Shown: one piece after another, positions 63,301 through 64,000 of the stretch
Position numbering within the stretch: position 1 is the stretch's first letter
Layout: every line of letters starts with the position of its first letter
NCBI RefSeq assembly: GCF_006345805.1
Contig: NC_042997.1
Span: 102,114,001 to 102,178,000, forward strand
From: Octopus sinensis
Lineage: Eukaryota
Reading direction: 5' to 3'
Length of the DNA stretch: 64,000 nt
Made by a program: the position numbers and the translations under genes
Notes under the pieces: model-generated
The model's database searches: none
Told to the model about the DNA's origin: nothing
What the model saw: the letters and a program-made list of their open reading frames with translations, nothing else

Positions 63301-64000
63301 TGAACACCTTCTAGTTACGAGTAGAAAATAGATTCTGTCATAGTGTTCATTTGTTCAGAGACAGTCATAAATATTAGTTCAGATGGCTATCTGTCACGTT
63401 ATTACTTGCAGCATCAGTTCTACGTAAAGCAATTCTAAAGCAATGCAATTTTATACATTCAAGTGGTCATTTCCAAGTTGTTGTGAAGAGTCAGCTGTTT
63501 CTATATAACTGAAGCAGTTTCCTTCTGTTAGCTGCTTGTGTGGCCTAAACCACCTCACACTGGAAAAATTTTAGGGAGGGTCCTCTCTGTAAGTCAAAAT
63601 AGCTATGCTGAATATGATTTCTTTTGTAAACTTTAAGCATAAATCACACTTTTTGCGGTGTGTTTAAGCCTGAAAGAATACCCCCAAAGATCAAGAATCT
63701 GGTAAATTATTAACCGTTTGAATGTGTCATATAAGAGGAGCTTTATTATAAATTTTCACGGACTATTACTGAGCAAACTAAAGTTAACTGATATTGTCTG
63801 TTTTCTCTAATAATGATTTGCCTTCACTATTGAATGGTCTTGATCATAACATTACATTTAGAGAAACACATCATTTTCCCGTGAAAATGGAATTTCATAT
63901 TTTTTAGTTGACATCATTAGAAAAGGTTAGATTTGATTTGGATTAAGTATCTATGAAATTGACTTCCAAATGAGTGAGTCAAGCGATACTGGATTTATTC

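Overview
AT-rich, microsatellite-dense eukaryotic intronic/intergenic DNA. The SINE families match those I recognise from Octopus, so a cephalopod origin is inferred but not proven. No intact protein-coding gene could be supported, and most ORFs in the track are microsatellite or antisense artefacts. The window is a transposon graveyard. It holds dozens of tRNA-derived SINEs, LINE fossils (two R4/Dong-like, CR1-like, several RTE-like, L1/Tx1-like), a Penelope-like element (RT + GIY-YIG), a mariner fossil, hAT- and Tc1-type MITEs, Helitron-type elements and a ~200-bp antisense 28S rRNA fragment fused to the Penelope tail. The most interesting unannotated signal is a set of hammerhead-ribozyme motifs in several short, non-coding families. 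One has a complete type I fold present as inverted copies (retrozyme-like), two are minimal dimer-type motifs, and one sits behind a tRNA-like Pol III head (SM-alpha-like SINE-ribozyme chimera). Also notable are a pre-miRNA-like hairpin, a fold-back with a perfect 66-bp core, an inverted SINE array, two promoter-like islands and several weak candidate exons. All family assignments come from motif recognition by eye; no searches were run, and boundaries are approximate unless TIR/TSD positions are given.
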